Of a stretch of DNA of 64,000 nucleotides, positions 60,668-64,000 are shown one piece after another. The notes under the pieces were generated by a model that saw only the letters and a list, made by a program, of their open reading frames with translations, searched no databases and was not told where the DNA came from. The stretch's first letter is position 1; every line of letters begins with the position of its first letter. Source of the DNA: Eledone cirrhosa (Eukaryota); contig OZ024754.1 in assembly GCA_964016885.1 (NCBI GenBank), positions 33,418,001-33,482,000 of the forward strand, in the 5' to 3' direction. The position numbers and the translations under genes are program-made.

Positions 60668-61224
60668 GGCCACAAGGGCTAACATGAAGAAAAACATTAG
60701 AGACGGCACAGAACAGTACAGGACGATACAAAGTGGGTTTGGGTCGTGTAAACAGGTTATAACAAGATAGAAATCGGGATAGAAATTAAAACAAATTCAA
60801 ACAACCAAAAATTCCCCAAAAAGGGGGGAAACCTCCGAGGGTCACTCGTGGCAAAAACCACACAAAAGACCACGGCCACCCTGACCACCAGGGCAAGCGC
60901 CCTCTTCCAGTTTTCCACCTCCAATTTACAGGCGCATACTCAGAGCAGGCCCGCCACTTTCACCCACCTTTCAACAAACTTACTAGAAGACAGCACTTGC
61001 CTCTCCACCCTGATTTTCCTCTTCAAGTGAAACTTGAAAAAGTTAATCAGGGATTGGCCGGAGAGGAAAGTGTCCGTCTTCAACCCTTTCAACCTTGTCC
61101 ACCACACAACCTCTTTCACCATGGCCACCAGGCAGATAATAGCTGCCTGCCCTTCCTGGCTAAAGGAAGGTGGCGGGGCAATCCTCACAATGGACTCAGC
61201 TGATAGTTGGATCCGTCCTACACA
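60668..61224 (-). mobile_element. L1/Tx1-like LINE 3' end
   Basis: VKEVVWWTRLK...RVERQVL...FVERW C-terminal pattern and a T-rich 3' UTR. Confidence 0.65.
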
Positions 61225-61225
61225 C

Positions 61226-61530
61226 AACAAAATGATAATAATGACAAGATAAGGAAATGCAAGAGGAGGCATTCTGGTCTTAGCATGGGATGGATACATT
61301 ACAAGAAGGTATTCAAGTGTCTAGAAATATTTAGGGTAGCAGATATCATACAGTTAAGTAATAGCATGAAGAACTGGGAGATAGAGTTAACATCAGGGGA
61401 AGAATCCTAGGGAGGAATAAAAATCAAGAGAGGTATCTTCCAAGAAGATAGTCTGTCTCCTTTATTGTTTATCCTTACCCTCATACCCTTGTATTGCAAA
61501 GAGGGAAGGCAGGATACAAACTGGGAGAAA
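61226..61530 (+). mobile_element. R4/Dong-like RT fragment
   Basis: MKNWEIEL...IKIKRGIFQEDSLSPLLF. Confidence 0.7.
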
Positions 61531-61547
61531 ACTAACCGCTACTAGGA

Positions 61548-61740
61548 TCATCATCATCGTTTAATGCCCATCTTCCGCACTAGCATGGGTTGGATGGGTT
61601 TGTCCCACTTGAGGCAAGATTGGTCAGGTGACCATGTCTCGCTCATACAGAACTATTTCTGGCAGGTTTGCTACAGCTGGATGCCCTTCCTAACACCAAC
61701 CAGATTTACGGTGTGGACTGGGTGATTTTTGTCGTGTCAC
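61548..61740 (-). mobile_element. SINE fragment with (GAT)n tail
   Basis: ctacagctggatgcccttcctaacaccaacc core, also seen at 41025-41045; catcatcatcgtttaa end. Confidence 0.55.
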
Positions 61741-61965
61741 CCTACATGACCACATTACAGTGGATGGAAGTGGGAGGATGGAGTAGGAGTGTGGGGTGGG
61801 GAGGGGTGTATATTGGGTTAAGACGTGCCTACTGACTGCAGGTTTAAGTTCGTATGTAAGGGAAGGCGGGTCTTGTGTACAACTGCATGGCGCCAAAGAT
61901 CTCGATCCAGTGACATTGTCTTAGAGAGGTTTAAGTTAGCAAGGATCTAAAGTAGAAACTGAAAA

Positions 61966-62393
61966 CGATTAGCAAAATAATTGTTTCTACTTTAGGCACA
62001 AGGCCAGCAATTACCCAGTGCATTACTGGTACTTTATTTTATCGATTAGCAAAATAATTGTTTCTACTTTAGGCACAAGGCCAGCAATTACCCAGTGCAT
62101 TACTGGTACTTTATTTTATCGATTAGCAAAATAATTGTTTCTACTTTAGGCACAAGGCCAGCAATTACCCAGTGCATTACTGGTACTTTATTTTATCGAT
62201 TAGCAAAATAATTGTTTCTACTTTAGGCACAAGGCCAGCAATTACCCAGTGCATTACTGGTACTTTATTTTATCGACCCCGTAAGGATGAAAGGCAAAGT
62301 CAACCTCGGCGGGATTTGAACTCAGATCGTAAAGGGACGTAACTATGCTGAAAAGCATGGCGTCTGACCCTCTACCGATACTGCCAATCCACA
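61966..62393 (-). mobile_element. Meta-domain SINE with its 3' end in four perfect 77-bp tandem copies
   Basis: Unit starts at 61966, 62043, 62120 and 62197. Confidence 0.92.
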
Positions 62394-62424
62394 AAATAAT
62401 GTTATATATTCATAAGGTACTTAC

Positions 62425-62576
62425 ATTGGAGTGAAGCCATCATTAAAGTCTTCAGGTGTGGAATTAGTGGATCGGTAAGTTGAACATATTGAATTGGCAG
62501 CAGATTGATTTAAAGATACAGCAGTTGATTCCAACAGATTTTGTAAAGCACCAGGCTGAAGAGTCGTAAAGTTCAC
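62425..62576 (-). CDS. Internal coding exon (152 bp)
   Basis: ttcattgtag| acceptor, |gtaagt donor; VNFTTLQPGALQNLLESTAVSLNQSAANSICSTYRSTNSTPEDFNDGFTP; phase 2 out. Confidence 0.8.
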
Positions 62577-62599
62577 CTACAATGAATAATCTATATTAT

Positions 62600-63197
62600 A
62601 AGAGGTTCTGATTTAGACATAAGGCTAACAATTTGGAGGGAAAGACGATTGAATAAACTCCAGTGCATTACTGGTACTGTATTTTATCAACCTCATAAGG
62701 ATGAAAGGTAAACCTTACTTTGGCAGGTTATGTACTCCTTACATAAAGGGAGCTAAATATGTTCTCTGGTGCTCCATCGATACTGACAATCCACCAAGCT
62801 TTGTAATAATTGTTTCTGCTTTTGGCACAAGACCGGCAAATACCCAGTGCATTACTGGTACTTTATTTTATTGACCTCGTAAGGATGAACGGCAAAGTTG
62901 ACCTCGGCGGGATTTGAACTCAGAATGGCAAAGGCCGTAACTCTATGCGTCAAAGCATGGCGTCCGATCCTCTACCGATACTGCCAATCCGTCGCCCTGT
63001 ATACATAAAATAATTGTTTCTATTTTTTAGGCACAAAGCCAGCAATTACCCAGTACATAACTGGTACTTTATTTTATTGACCCCGTAAGGATGAACGGCA
63101 AAGTCAACCACGGCGGGATTTGAACTCAGAATGATAAGGGCCGTAACTCTATGCGTCAAAGCATGGCGTCCGACCCTCTACCGATACTGCCACTCCA
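62600..63197 (-). mobile_element. Three tandem Meta-domain SINEs
   Basis: Consensus three times; the first is older. Confidence 0.85.
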
Positions 63198-63337
63198 ATA
63201 CCTTTTAAATATGTAAGGGAAATAACTAATGTCTTAGTTTTCAAATCATGTTTCGAATCAGTTCCTTTATTACTTCCCTTGTATCCAGCGTCATCCTCTT
63301 ATTCATTAAAGTCATTAACAAACAGCCATTATTGAAA

Positions 63338-63750
63338 TGTCGATAAAATAAAGTACCAGTAAAATTGCTGGCCTTGTGCCTAAAGTAGAAACAATTATTG
63401 AAATATGCAATAATTGTTTCTACTTTAGGCACAAGGCCAGCAATTACCCAGTTCATAAAGTACCAGTAATGAACTGGGTAATTGCTGGCCTTGTGCCTAA
63501 AGTAGAAACAATTATTGAAATATACATGATTAGAGCGAACGATTGGCAGAATCGGTAGAGCATCGGACAACATGCTTTGCGGCATATAGTTACATCCCTT
63601 TACGTTGTGTGTTCAAGTCCCGCCGAGATTAGTTTTGCCTTTCATCATTACAGGGTCGATAAAATTAAGTACCAGTAATGCTCAGAGGTCGATTCAATCT
63701 ACTTACCCCCTTCCCCTTCAAATTCCTGGCCTTCATCCTAAATCCCTTGT
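63338..63750 (+). mobile_element. Rearranged Meta SINE 3' ends (+/-/+) followed by an older full copy
   Basis: 63410-63456 is inverted relative to its two neighbours. Confidence 0.8.
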
Positions 63751-64000
63751 TATCAATGAATTTATTGAAATATGCATGGAGTCATAACTCCTGACGAAGT
63801 CGTGGGAACGCATCTTAAACCTAACGTACCCCCAGACACCACCACTATCACTCCCCCACCACGACCACAACTCCCCACCACCTCCAGGAACACAGCCAAT
63901 CCCTTCCAGAGGAGAGAGTGAGAATGAGGAAATTAGAAAGATGTATAGCAGAAGTACTGAACTGGTACATTTATCAACTTTTGCCAATTCCCTGCTTCAT

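Noticed and set aside
63228-63298. Upstream exon of the host gene (DDAGYKGSNKGTDSKHDLKTKTL)
   Set aside because: Frame is open and phase-compatible, but both splice sites are weak.
63733-63987. 84-aa ORF with a hydrophobic N-terminus
   Set aside because: TTG start, low complexity, no splice support, overlaps a SINE.

Overview
Eukaryotic, very AT-rich, repeat-dominated animal DNA; the SINE families and microsatellite load suggest a coleoid cephalopod (Octopus-like), which is an inference. A large share of the window is (TA)n, (CA)n, (TATG)n, (GA)n and related simple repeats, and most ORFs in the supplied track are artefacts of these. Real content: (1) three phase-compatible coding exons of an unidentified Ser-rich host gene on the minus strand near 59-62.6 kb; (2) many tRNA-derived SINEs; (3) decayed non-LTR fragments (R4/Dong-like in (TATG)n, RTE, CRE, L1/Tx1, Ingi-like); (4) a deleted mariner and several MITEs; (5) at least six families of Penelope-like (PLE) pseudo-LTR pieces inserted in (TA)n. 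These carry minimal hammerhead ribozyme (HHR) motifs, including a canonical one and core variants (U3/A8, A4, C4), and mostly form asymmetric fold-backs with one tailed and one tail-less arm. One family is physically linked to a GIY-YIG endonuclease ORF end. Coordinates were read by eye and may be off by a few bases; no searches were run.
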